This document shows positions 1-8,741 of a stretch of DNA of 64,000 bases, piece by piece. Origin of the DNA: a virus (taxonomy: Duplodnaviria; Caudoviricetes); IMG/VR virus record IMGVR_UViG_3300037520_001069, positions 1,967-65,966 of that record; one strand, written 5' to 3'. Made by a program: the position numbers and the translations under genes. Position 1 is the first letter of the stretch. The number at the start of each line of letters is the position of its first letter. The notes beneath the pieces are model-generated. The model was given only the letters and a program-made list of their open reading frames with translations. It was not told the origin of the DNA and did no database searches.

Positions 1-125
1 GAAACATGGTCAACATGGGAGTCATTGACCCGACCAAAGTGACCAAAAACGCGCTCATTAGCGCAACGAGTGTAGCCGCCACCCTTCTAGGAACCAACGT
101 AACGATCCATGAAAGCGATAAATAA
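1..125 (+). CDS. groEL: Chaperonin GroEL, C-terminal fragment (gene begins before the window)
   Basis: Frame from nt 3 reads NMVNMGVIDPTKVTKNALISATSVAATLLGTNVTIHESDK*, matching the GroEL C-terminal GI/VIDPxKV...AL..A.SVA motif; no GGM tail; overlaps groES. Confidence 0.85.
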   Translation, partial: NMVNMGVIDPTKVTKNALISATSVAATLLGTNVTIHESDK

Positions 126-366
126 GTTCATCGTCTGCGAACCGATCAATGAGGAGATCCGCACGGACTCTGGTCTCATGCTGTCCGAGAAGGACGCCGA
201 CAACATTCGGTACCGGATGGCCAAGGTCATCTCCCCGGGGAGCGAAGTCTCCGTCATTAAGGAGGGCGACGTGGTGTACTACGATCGGAGCGCTGGGTTC
301 AAGATCATGATTCAGGATCTTCCGTACCTAGTGATCTCCGAGAGAGATGTCGTTGTCGTACTCTGA
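109..366 (+). CDS. groES: Co-chaperonin GroES
   Basis: 85 aa with RTDSGLML mobile loop, AKVISPG, IKEGDVVYY and ISERDVVVVL end; adjacent to groEL. Confidence 0.9.
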   Translation: MKAINKFIVCEPINEEIRTDSGLMLSEKDADNIRYRMAKVISPGSEVSVIKEGDVVYYDRSAGFKIMIQDLPYLVISERDVVVVL

Positions 367-751
367 CGTTCATATTCTCGATCATTCGCCGGTAGACCTT
401 GTGTGAGTAGGGCACCTTCCGGGCAAAGATCTCGTTACTGTCGGGGTTTTCTGATATCTCTTCGCCTTCGAGCTTCTTGTAGATAATGGTGACCATAGCC
501 TTGGCCGAAGGCGTTATGGCGAAGAGCTTTTTGGGCTTCTCCTGGACGACGCCGACAAAACCATTCTGGATGAGTCGTTCCATCCTGTTCCTGTCCCACT
601 TAACGCAGGACTCGATCCCATCGAACATTTCCCTGGAGAAGTACTTCTCAGAGTAGATGAGCAGCAGGATGTCAAGGTCTTGCTCTTGGATGTTCCATTT
701 AACTTTGGCCCAGTAGCGAACTACGCGCCAGTACTTTAGGTAGTCTTTCAT
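305..751 (-). CDS. Putative winged-helix DNA-binding protein
   Basis: 148 aa; DLDILLLIY...MERLIQNGFV...LFAITPSAK resembles a MarR-like wHTH; TAATTTTG lies just upstream on the - strand. Confidence 0.55.
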   Translation of the reverse strand: MKDYLKYWRVVRYWAKVKWNIQEQDLDILLLIYSEKYFSREMFDGIESCVKWDRNRMERLIQNGFVGVVQEKPKKLFAITPSAKAMVTIIYKKLEGEEISENPDSNEIFARKVPYSHKVYRRMIENMNVRVRQRHLSRRSLGTEDPES

Positions 752-758
752 TGTTCCG

Positions 759-777
759 CAAAATTATGCTATTTTTG
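759..777. promoter_or_regulatory. Divergent pair of Bacteroidota-type -7 promoter elements
   Basis: TAATTTTG on - (766-759) and TATTTTTG on + (770-777), each a few nt before a start codon. Confidence 0.65.
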
Positions 778-781
778 CTGT

Positions 782-1117
782 GTGAAAGACGCCTGTTACA
801 AAAAGGTCAAAGCTCAGTACGATGTATTCCCATCCGCCCGGGCTAGCCAGGCCATTGCCAAGTGCCGGAAGGCATCTGGGTCTGTTCGCAAGACTGAGAA
901 AGGAACTGAATTAAAACGATGGGAGAAAGAGAAGTGGGTCGACCAGAAGACCGGCCGCGCCTGTGGAGCTGGTGGGAAGAACGAGTACTGCCGGCCGAGC
1001 AAGCGTGTGTCGGACAAGACCCCCAAGACGAGCTCCGAGATAGGCCGCTCTACCCTTCGGAAAAAGATCCAGGAGAAAGAGCGCGTGGGAATGGGTAAAC
1101 GCGTAAAGCCGGTATGA
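782..1117 (+). CDS. Small basic conserved phage protein (DUF5872-like)
   Basis: KVKAQYDVFPSARAS...LKRWEKEKWVD...CG...YCRPSKRVS motif. Confidence 0.6.
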   Translation: MKDACYKKVKAQYDVFPSARASQAIAKCRKASGSVRKTEKGTELKRWEKEKWVDQKTGRACGAGGKNEYCRPSKRVSDKTPKTSSEIGRSTLRKKIQEKERVGMGKRVKPV

Positions 1118-1695
1118 TGAAAAACAAATACCAAAAAGAAGGAAATCAAAGCTGCGTAACAGCGGGTGGGTGTAGTAAGCCAAAGCCCCCCAGGCTTAAG
1201 CCAGAAGTGGAAAGATCAGTTGCTGCGTCGATTAACCGGTCGGCAAGAAGCGAATCTGAGCGAAGGAATATGTACGAAAGAGCCGGAATACAGTATCAAT
1301 CTGTATCAGCATCAACGAGACCGGCAAGGACATTTGATATTCCCGCAAAAAAGACTGAACCAAAAAAAGTAATTAAAAAAAAGCCACAGGAAGAAACAAT
1401 ATCAAAGCCGGACACGACCTATAAGTATTACAAAAGGTCGAGTGGAGAAAAAGCTTTTCAAGAAAAAAACCTTAAAGCGACGTCAAGTACTCAGTTAACG
1501 TCCCCGAATGTATTTAATAAAGGAGGAAAAATGCCACTAAAGAAAGCATCAGGTAAGGGCAAGGCCGCCGTTCAGAAGGCGGTATCTACCAACATCGCCG
1601 AGCTGACCCGGGCGAACCGGGAGAAACCAGCCGGCAAGAAGCGCAGCAAGGAGCAGATTGCTGCCATTGCCTATTCAGCAGCGAGGAAAAAATAA
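1114..1695 (+). CDS. Basic hypothetical protein; the C-terminal 54 aa resemble a stand-alone small phage protein family
   Basis: 193-aa ORF; MPLKK...STNIAEL...EQIAAIAYSAAR tail begins at the internal ATG at 1531. Confidence 0.6.
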   Translation: MMKNKYQKEGNQSCVTAGGCSKPKPPRLKPEVERSVAASINRSARSESERRNMYERAGIQYQSVSASTRPARTFDIPAKKTEPKKVIKKKPQEETISKPDTTYKYYKRSSGEKAFQEKNLKATSSTQLTSPNVFNKGGKMPLKKASGKGKAAVQKAVSTNIAELTRANREKPAGKKRSKEQIAAIAYSAARKK

Positions 1696-1711
1696 TGCTA
1701 CCTTTGAGCCA

Positions 1712-2008
1712 ATGAAAAGAGTCGACAAAGAGTCCATGCCATGCAACAAGCCCCGGCCGTCAACAAGTCCGGGGAAGAAACGTATGGTCAAGGCTTGCGA
1801 GGGTGGTCAAGAAAAAATCATCCATTACGGAGCGGATGGCTATGGTCACAATTACAGCCCTGCTGCTCGAAAGTCATTCAAGGCGCGTCACAAGTGCGCT
1901 ACAGCCGACAGCAAATTAACGGCCCGGCATTGGTCCTGCAAAGACTTGTGGGCCGGTAAGGGCGGAAGCACGAAGCCGTCTCCAAAGGGAAGGAAGGGCA
2001 AGTACTGA
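1712..2008 (+). CDS. Small basic phage protein (DUF6321-like)
   Basis: KIIHYGADG...ARKSFKARHKC...TARHWSCK motif; TACCTTTG at 1699-1706 lies just upstream. Confidence 0.65.
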   Translation: MKRVDKESMPCNKPRPSTSPGKKRMVKACEGGQEKIIHYGADGYGHNYSPAARKSFKARHKCATADSKLTARHWSCKDLWAGKGGSTKPSPKGRKGKY

Positions 2009-2280
2009 TGGGAACCTGTTCGAAGGGGTGCAAGTGCACCTCATGCAAAGGTGGGAAGTCACGCTCCGCAAAGTATTATGCAGCCAACCCAGAGGCACGC
2101 AAGAAAAAAACCGAGTACGATACCAAGTATCATTCCACTCCAGAACGACGTAAGTACCGCGCGGAGCTCGTCCAGAAGAACAGAGAGATGGGTAAGAAGG
2201 GCGATGGGCTTGATGTGTCTCATCAGAAGGGCGGAAAGTTTATCTTAGAAAAAGCATCCAAAAATAGAGCAAGAAAATGA
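2008..2280 (+). CDS. Small HNH-like protein
   Basis: GDGLDVSH...ASKNRAR resembles minimal phage HNH proteins. Confidence 0.5.
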   Translation: MGTCSKGCKCTSCKGGKSRSAKYYAANPEARKKKTEYDTKYHSTPERRKYRAELVQKNREMGKKGDGLDVSHQKGGKFILEKASKNRARK

Positions 2281-2561
2281 AAGAGTTTCTAATGGACCTC
2301 GGGTTCAATATTGGCCTAGCCCTATCGGGCCTATTGGGCAGCCTGGTAACGATTTGGCGTTCGAAGAAGAAGATGAACGTCAAGGAGCAGGCTTTGTCAA
2401 TGATCGCCGGTACGCTATCGGCCAATTACCTGACCCCATTGGTCATAAGCTTTATGGACCTTAAGGACAACACCCAGTTTGGTGTGGCCTTTGTGGTTGG
2501 ATTCGGAGGACTTAAAGCAGTTGAGTATGTCTACGAAAAATACTTCACAAAGCAAGGATAA
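2277..2561 (+). CDS. Putative holin
   Basis: 94 aa with three hydrophobic segments and an AFVVGFGGL motif; upstream of the endolysin. Confidence 0.65.
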   Translation: MKEFLMDLGFNIGLALSGLLGSLVTIWRSKKKMNVKEQALSMIAGTLSANYLTPLVISFMDLKDNTQFGVAFVVGFGGLKAVEYVYEKYFTKQG

Positions 2562-2700
2562 GGGCTTTGGTGATACGCTGGCCCGTATTTTTACAGTCAC
2601 CGGTGTCAAAGCCGTTGTGGAAGCTGTTGCCGGAAGCGACTGCGGTTGCCAAGAAAGACAAGAAGCATTAAACGAACTAATACCCTATAAAAAAGACTAA
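2527..2700 (+). CDS. Small conserved phage protein (KGFGDT...DCGC..RQE.LN)
   Basis: 57 aa with a GxGDT and CGC motif common in aquatic phages. Confidence 0.6.
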   Translation: MSTKNTSQSKDKGFGDTLARIFTVTGVKAVVEAVAGSDCGCQERQEALNELIPYKKD

Positions 2701-2702
2701 AC

Positions 2703-5700
2703 ATGGCACTAGAACAAGTATCGACTTACATTTTTACTCCATCAATAACGCCATCAGGAGGCCAGCAGTATGCTGCTACTTTAGCTATTCCTGGCCGGTG
2801 GAATATTGGGCAAATCCGGCGAATTGTTAATGCTACAAGGAACAAGTTGATGTATAGCGATGAGAATGAAAAGCTCATTGGTACAATTGCATTTAGCACA
2901 TACAACCAAACGGTTCCAACCGGAATGCCAAGCACCCTTGTGCAAAAAGCTGGTGGTGTAACTACGTTTAATTTACTTATGGACACGTCGTATATGGCAG
3001 CGTCGGATGTCCTTGAGATTTTAGTTCAAAAGAAAGAGCAGATTATCCGACCATTTGACTTTGGAACGGATGCCATTGAGCGCATCCGGGTATCTGACCC
3101 CAAGTCAATGATTGACGCTGACTTTGAGTATGGCTTGCAGCCTACCAAATGGGCGTCTTATGGCTTGAACCGGTACTTCCCATCAATTCTTGAGCTTCAG
3201 AGTAATGACCTTGTTGTGACGGCTATTACTGCTGACGGAACAACCACATCGTCAACAAACTCTTTGATTACAGTTACAACCTCTGTCCCACATAGTATTG
3301 TTGCCGGAAGCCCTATTCACGTTGCCGGAACAAGTCAAACTGTTGCCCTTGGCGCTGGCGGTGCAGATGGCGGATTTATAGTTGAAACGCTTGTTAACTC
3401 AACCCAGTTTACATACAGGGCTAAAACAACCGTAACATCGGGCTCGATTTTAGCAGACAATATCGTCCTTCGTAGGTGCGTGTTTGCTACAAATGTCAGT
3501 ATTCCTGTTTCAAGTGTTTCCCCACTAACGCCTGCTAATGGTGGTACTTTAACCGTTACAACATCAAGCCCTCACAACCTTGTTCCTGGAACGCCTATTC
3601 TTGTTAGAGTTAGCGGAGGAGCATCTTTTCCTATTCAGGCCGTAGGTTCATTTTATGTGGTAGGCGTTCCAACAGCGACCACTTTTACATACGCAATTAG
3701 GCAGTGGACGAGCGGAAATGGAGGAAGCACTGTTGACCTTACCGGAGCGACATTCACCATCACCACTAACTCAGATGGACTTGCACAGCCTAGGCCCTGG
3801 GATGGTGGCGTTCAGATTTATACAGCTAGTGCTTCACATGGTGCTTCTATTATTCGAACAACAAAGAAGTACAACCGTTATCAGTCTGGTAAAGGGTATC
3901 TGTGGTCATCTGGCGTATTGTTTAGGCCCAACTATGACATTCGTAGCATTACCGCTGACGCAACAGCTATTGGCTCTCTTGTTACTGTTACTGTTGATGG
4001 AGTGCCCCATGGCCTTCAAGGAACGTCACTTCCCGCTCTTGGGGCTAGGGTAACTATTGCCGGAGTTAGTACAGCCGGTTACAATGGAACATTTACAGTG
4101 AATACGGTCACTAGCCCATATACATTTACTTACCGTAACACCGTAGCTCTTGGAACGACAACGGGTGTATCTATTCCGGGCACAGACCCAAAAGTCATTG
4201 TAACCGAGTGGTCCGGGGCCGTTGTTCGAGCTGGTCCTTTTGATGACCAAAACGGAATGTTTTTTGAATACGATGGAGCTACATTTTGGGCAGTTCGTAG
4301 AAGCGCAGTGTTTCAATTAGCCGGAACATTAGCTATAAATGCAGGAAGCACTACTGTTACAGGTACGGCTACTAGGTTTACGCAACAAACCCGCGTTGGC
4401 GATAAAATTGTCATTAAAGGTATGACATATTTAGTTTCGTCTATTGCCAGTGATACATCAATGACTATTTCTCCAGACTATCGACCCAGTACAAGTGCTA
4501 GTGGCGTTAAAGGGAGCATTGTTCGTGAAACTCGTATTTCTCAAGCAAACTGGAACATTGACACTTGCGATGGTTCTGGTGGAGTTAATAATCCAAGCGG
4601 ATTCCAACTTGACTTAAACACCATGCAAATGGTGGGCATTCAGTACACATGGTATGGCGCTGGATTTATTGATTGGATGATTCGTGGCGCTGATGGCAAC
4701 TGGGTAATGGTTCACAGGCTCAAGAACAACAACGTGAACTATGAGGCGCATATGCGAACAGGTAACTTGCCGGTTCGTTATTCCGTTGAGAATGAAGGAG
4801 CATATACCTATTTGACCGCATCGCTTGCGGCTGGAGCAACTACCGCAACCGTTGCTAGTACGGCTGATTTTCCAAGCACAGGCGTTTTATTGATTGACCA
4901 AGAGATTATTTCTTACAGTGGAAAAACATCAAGTCCGGCTACATTCACAGGACTTACCAGGGCTGCAACCTTGAGTAAGTTTCAAGGGGGTCTATTAAGA
5001 AGCTTTACCGGTTCGGGAGATGTCATACATAATACGCCAACTCCTAGTGCCACAAACGGACCTGGAGTAGTTCTTATTCGGAACACTTGTAGCCCATCGC
5101 TTGTACACTGGGGTTCGGCTCTTGTAATGGATGGCGGCTTTGATACTGACCGTGGTTATATCTTCAACTATCAAAGACCAAATCCTGCCGTTCCTGCGCC
5201 TATTAACTTAACAACGACAACTCAGACGGTTTTCCTAATCAGATTGGCTCCATCCGTTTCCGCTGGCCTTGTGGGCGTTCTTGGAAACAGGGACCTTATT
5301 AACAGGGCGCAATTCCTTTTGCAAGCCGTAGGTATTGCCGTTGATAACGGTGTTAATGCTGGCGCTGTAATTGTTGAGGGCGTTGTTAATCCGACGAATA
5401 TTAGTGCAATAACCTGGGTTGATGTAAATGCTTCGGCACAGGGCTCACAGCCGTCATTTGCCCAAGTTTCAACGTCTTGGACCGGTGGTACAGCTACTGG
5501 TGGTGAGCAAATTTTTGCTTTTGCCGCTCCCGCTCCATCAGGAACCTCTTCACAATGGGGAGCAGTAAACGACAGGCTTGATTTGAGTCCGTTGAAAGAG
5601 TTGACCAATTCGCCGATTGGTGGAGATGGCGTATATCCGGATGGGCCTGAAGTTCTTGCCATTAACGTAAGGCTTAGAAACGGAACCGCTAATGGAACTG

Positions 5701-5732
5701 TTTTGCTTCGCTGGTCAGAGGCTCAAGCGTAA
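2703..5732 (+). CDS. Large virion structural protein or fibre with beta-rich repeats
   Basis: 1009 aa, Thr/Gly/Ser-rich, three repeats of VT(T/V)xxPHxL...F.V..V....FTY. Confidence 0.7.
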   Translation: MALEQVSTYIFTPSITPSGGQQYAATLAIPGRWNIGQIRRIVNATRNKLMYSDENEKLIGTIAFSTYNQTVPTGMPSTLVQKAGGVTTFNLLMDTSYMAASDVLEILVQKKEQIIRPFDFGTDAIERIRVSDPKSMIDADFEYGLQPTKWASYGLNRYFPSILELQSNDLVVTAITADGTTTSSTNSLITVTTSVPHSIVAGSPIHVAGTSQTVALGAGGADGGFIVETLVNSTQFTYRAKTTVTSGSILADNIVLRRCVFATNVSIPVSSVSPLTPANGGTLTVTTSSPHNLVPGTPILVRVSGGASFPIQAVGSFYVVGVPTATTFTYAIRQWTSGNGGSTVDLTGATFTITTNSDGLAQPRPWDGGVQIYTASASHGASIIRTTKKYNRYQSGKGYLWSSGVLFRPNYDIRSITADATAIGSLVTVTVDGVPHGLQGTSLPALGARVTIAGVSTAGYNGTFTVNTVTSPYTFTYRNTVALGTTTGVSIPGTDPKVIVTEWSGAVVRAGPFDDQNGMFFEYDGATFWAVRRSAVFQLAGTLAINAGSTTVTGTATRFTQQTRVGDKIVIKGMTYLVSSIASDTSMTISPDYRPSTSASGVKGSIVRETRISQANWNIDTCDGSGGVNNPSGFQLDLNTMQMVGIQYTWYGAGFIDWMIRGADGNWVMVHRLKNNNVNYEAHMRTGNLPVRYSVENEGAYTYLTASLAAGATTATVASTADFPSTGVLLIDQEIISYSGKTSSPATFTGLTRAATLSKFQGGLLRSFTGSGDVIHNTPTPSATNGPGVVLIRNTCSPSLVHWGSALVMDGGFDTDRGYIFNYQRPNPAVPAPINLTTTTQTVFLIRLAPSVSAGLVGVLGNRDLINRAQFLLQAVGIAVDNGVNAGAVIVEGVVNPTNISAITWVDVNASAQGSQPSFAQVSTSWTGGTATGGEQIFAFAAPAPSGTSSQWGAVNDRLDLSPLKELTNSPIGGDGVYPDGPEVLAINVRLRNGTANGTVLLRWSEAQA

Positions 5733-6136
5733 TGCGAGAGATTAAGAACCTTGTCTGCCACTGTTCCGCTACCGCTAAGAATACTCCCGTCGATGCTATC
5801 AAAAAGTATTGGCGGGAGAATCTTGGGTGGAAGAGTGTTGGTTATCATCGAATAATTAAGACGAATGGCGAGATTGTGGTACTGGCGCCGGATGAGTCTA
5901 TCGCGAATGGCGTGGCAGGCCACAACAGCAGCAGCCTTCATGTATGCTATATTGGAGGCAAGGATAAGGACGATAGGACAGAGGCTCAGAAAAAGTCTAT
6001 GGAACTCGTTCTGAAGGAATGGCTTGCCAAGTACCCCAAGGCTAGGATTCGTGGACACCGGGACTTTCCGGGCGTGAAGAAAGCCTGCCCTCAGTTTATT
6101 GCAGAAAAAGAATATGGCTACCTCTATACAACTTAA
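5732..6136 (+). CDS. Endolysin, N-acetylmuramoyl-L-alanine amidase (T7 lysozyme-like, Amidase_2)
   Basis: HCSAT, GWKSVGYH, GHNSSSLHVCYIGG and GHRDF...KACP zinc-amidase motifs. Confidence 0.92.
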   Translation: MREIKNLVCHCSATAKNTPVDAIKKYWRENLGWKSVGYHRIIKTNGEIVVLAPDESIANGVAGHNSSSLHVCYIGGKDKDDRTEAQKKSMELVLKEWLAKYPKARIRGHRDFPGVKKACPQFIAEKEYGYLYTT

Positions 6137-6542
6137 ATTCATTGCTGTCCTGTTCCTATTGTTGGGATGCGGACGAAAGACCATTACCCAGGTGGAGTAC
6201 AGGACCCGCGTGGACATTCAGCGCGACACGGTCCAGATGCCGGTGCTTGTGGAGACGGTCATCCCGTCGCCGTGCGATACCGGTGGCATCCTGAAGGATT
6301 TTAAGTTCGAGACCCAGGCCGGCCCGGCAAAGGTCAGACTAGAGACGGACGGAACCCGGATTATCGTCAAGGTAAAGACCGACACGATTGTCAAGGCGTA
6401 CAGGGTCATTTCGGATACGGTCCGAGTTACTAGTCATTCCGTGACAACAAAGAAGGTCACGCCCCGTTGGGCCTGGCAGCTCCTTGTGGCCAATGTCATT
6501 GTAGCGGCAGGGCTCGTAATTTACCTATATTTGCGGAGATGA
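6114..6542 (+). CDS. Putative unimolecular spanin
   Basis: N-terminal lipobox (LLLGC), beta-rich middle and C-terminal TM helix ending RR; follows the endolysin. Confidence 0.65.
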   Translation: MATSIQLKFIAVLFLLLGCGRKTITQVEYRTRVDIQRDTVQMPVLVETVIPSPCDTGGILKDFKFETQAGPAKVRLETDGTRIIVKVKTDTIVKAYRVISDTVRVTSHSVTTKKVTPRWAWQLLVANVIVAAGLVIYLYLRR

Positions 6543-6787
6543 AAAAGTCGAGGGTTTATCTGAAGGAGATCCTATCGGCGCCCAAGGTGTTGCCTGGGGT
6601 GTTTTCTCACAAGCGGAATCCCATTGACATTATGGCCAATGGGCGGAAGATTGCTGAGGCTACCGGTGGGGAGTATGTCTTTAACCCGAAGCAAGTATCA
6701 ACTATGAAGCGTTTGGTCAAGAAAAACGACAAGACCGGCCTTCATTCCTATGTTCGCTCACTCATCCAAAAGTTTGAAAAACCATAA
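6539..6787 (+). CDS. Hypothetical protein
   Basis: LPGVFSHKRNPI...EATGGEYVFNPKQ; TATATTTG at 6526-6533 lies upstream. Confidence 0.6.
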   Translation: MKKSRVYLKEILSAPKVLPGVFSHKRNPIDIMANGRKIAEATGGEYVFNPKQVSTMKRLVKKNDKTGLHSYVRSLIQKFEKP

Positions 6788-6798
6788 ACCCAACAACC

Positions 6799-6996
6799 AT
6801 GAAAAAATACCAAGACGGAGGGAAGACTTCTTCAGGCAAGATGATCACTAAGCCTTCAAGCAAGCCGGCCACTAAAGAGTCAGGCAAGTTAATCACTAAA
6901 CCTTCAAGCAAGCCAGCGGCTAAGCCTTCAGACAAAAAATCAGGCAAAATGCTAATTATGAAGTATGGTGGCAAAATGGGCAAAAAATCCTGCTAA
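6799..6996 (+). CDS. Small Lys-rich protein with internal repeats
   Basis: SGK(M/L)ITKPSSKPA occurs twice; KYQDGGK and KYGGK motifs. Confidence 0.6.
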   Translation: MKKYQDGGKTSSGKMITKPSSKPATKESGKLITKPSSKPAAKPSDKKSGKMLIMKYGGKMGKKSC

Positions 6997-6999
6997 GCC

Positions 7000-7122
7000 A
7001 TGAAAAAGAAGAAAAAAATGACCGCCGACATGAAGGCTGTTGCCAAGCATGAGAAGGTCGAGAAGAAGATGGAGAAAGAGGGCTACATGAAGTCCGGCGG
7101 AAAAATGAAGAAAAAGTACTAG
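7000..7122 (+). CDS. 40-aa Lys-rich peptide (not in the ORF track)
   Basis: ATG 7000 to TAG 7122, MKKKKKMTADMKAVAKHEKVEKKMEKEGYMKSGGKMKKKY; fills the gap between neighbouring genes. Confidence 0.55.
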   Translation: MKKKKKMTADMKAVAKHEKVEKKMEKEGYMKSGGKMKKKY

Positions 7123-7674
7123 ATGCCTAAGATAAGCTCATATGAAGTTGTGGCCCCGGCCAGCAATGACCTCGTTACCGTTACTGACGCAAGCGACAGT
7201 AACAACACGAAGAACGTCACTGTTGGAAGTCTTTCGGCTACGGTTTATAGTGGCGCTTACAAGGAGATCTATGACAATACTTCTGGAGAGATAACGACTA
7301 TCGCTTCGGCAAACACTTTTGTTCTTTTGTCAGCGACAACTGTTGCTGGATCGACAAATGACGCTACCTTAACCAGCAATAACGCTGGGAGAATAACGAA
7401 TACCGGAACATCAAGGACATTTGTTGTCAACTATTGCGTTTCCGCTACGGCTGGTAACAACCAGAACTTGATGTTTCGTATTCACATAAGCGGTAGCCCG
7501 GTGCTATATTCTGAGTCAGACACTATAACGTCTTCCGGAGGAAAAGCCACAAGCACATCAAATGCAGCCATCATTACTTTAAACACTGGACAATTCGTCG
7601 AGGTGTATGTGGCAAACTCTGCGGTCAACAATGTGACCTTGGAGCATTTAAATCTCATTTTAAGACAAGTCTAA
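7123..7674 (+). CDS. Putative structural or fibre protein with a C1q/BclA-like C-terminus
   Basis: MPKISSY...D.SDSNNTKNVTV N-terminus; IITLNTGQFVEVYV jelly-roll-like C-terminus. Confidence 0.55.
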   Translation: MPKISSYEVVAPASNDLVTVTDASDSNNTKNVTVGSLSATVYSGAYKEIYDNTSGEITTIASANTFVLLSATTVAGSTNDATLTSNNAGRITNTGTSRTFVVNYCVSATAGNNQNLMFRIHISGSPVLYSESDTITSSGGKATSTSNAAIITLNTGQFVEVYVANSAVNNVTLEHLNLILRQV

Positions 7675-7898
7675 TGGACATTCGTAAAATCTCAGTCGGT
7701 CACGACTATAAAACAGCGATGCACTACATCGTTGGCCAACCGGTGTTGGGTGGAGAGTATACCATTCACCTGGTCAAGGTATTGGAAGAAACGGGAGTCA
7801 CCCGGGTCTACATCATCTCTAAAGCGCAGGAAGTGCTCCTATGGAAGGAGTTCAACTCTGTGGTTCCAATCTCTATTGAGTACAACATTTCTTTCTGA
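7674..7898 (+). CDS. Conserved hypothetical protein
   Basis: IRKISVG.DYK.AMHY.VGQ...WKEFN...ISIEYN; translationally coupled to neighbours. Confidence 0.7.
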   Translation: MDIRKISVGHDYKTAMHYIVGQPVLGGEYTIHLVKVLEETGVTRVYIISKAQEVLLWKEFNSVVPISIEYNISF

Positions 7899-8476
7899 TG
7901 CAATCGCCGTTTCAGTTCATCGTGCGTCCGCGCGATGCGAAACGATACGATAATGTACGGAAGTATGGAGATGTTGATTTTATCGTAAGCGCTTCGCAAG
8001 AGGACCACAAATTTTCCAATAGGTACGCCGAAGTGGTTAGCGTGCCTGTCCAGTACGATGGCCCCATCAAGCCTGGGGACACGCTCATCGTTCACCACAA
8101 CGTATTCAAGTTCTACTACGATATGCATGGTAGGCAGAAGAGCGGGAAGTCGTTCTTCCATGACGACCTGTTCTTCCTGGACGAAGACCAGTTCTTCATG
8201 TACAAGTCGGGAGAAGGGGATTGGAAGACCCACTCGAAGTACTGCTTTGTAAAGCCGGGGGAGGTGAGGGAGAAGTTCATCAAGGACGGCTCTTCAGAGG
8301 AGATGCTATTTGGCACCGTTCGTTACTCGAATGACGAGCTGAATAAGCTGGGCATAAAGGAGGGCGATGCGGTTGTCTATGAGCCGGAAGTGGAATACGA
8401 GTTCTACATTGATGGCGAGAGGTTATACCGGTTATTCACCGGGAACATTGCAGTAAAGCTCAATGAAGAAGAGTGA
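7898..8476 (+). CDS. Protein with tandem GroES-like domains
   Basis: Two GroES-like halves: AEVVSVP...IKPGDTLIVH and GTVRY...IKEGDAVVY...EFYIDGERLY. Confidence 0.6.
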   Translation: MQSPFQFIVRPRDAKRYDNVRKYGDVDFIVSASQEDHKFSNRYAEVVSVPVQYDGPIKPGDTLIVHHNVFKFYYDMHGRQKSGKSFFHDDLFFLDEDQFFMYKSGEGDWKTHSKYCFVKPGEVREKFIKDGSSEEMLFGTVRYSNDELNKLGIKEGDAVVYEPEVEYEFYIDGERLYRLFTGNIAVKLNEEE

Positions 8477-8741
8477 CATGGACTACAAGCTGCAAATAAT
8501 TGCAGCGGGTCGAAAGGCTGTTGACCACCTCATCAAGGTGGCTGAAGAAGAGATCATCACCGGAGGAGACGGGGATCTTAGTGCCGACAGGCTCAAGAAC
8601 GCGGCGGCCACGAAGAAGATCGCCATATTCGACGCTTTTGAGATCCTGTCCAGGATCCAGGCCGAAGAGGAAGCGTTATCATTACCGGCAGAAAAGAACG
8701 ATGGCTCAAAAAAAGGATTCGCAGAAAGGCACTCCAAGTAG
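8463..8741 (+). CDS. Putative terminase small subunit
   Basis: 92-aa helical protein directly upstream of and overlapping the large terminase. Confidence 0.45.
   Translation: MKKSDMDYKLQIIAAGRKAVDHLIKVAEEEIITGGDGDLSADRLKNAAATKKIAIFDAFEILSRIQAEEEALSLPAEKNDGSKKGFAERHSK

Noticed and set aside
8500-8700. N-terminal extension of the terminase ORF to 8500
   Set aside because: It overlaps the upstream gene almost entirely and has atypical composition; ATG 8701 is the more plausible start.
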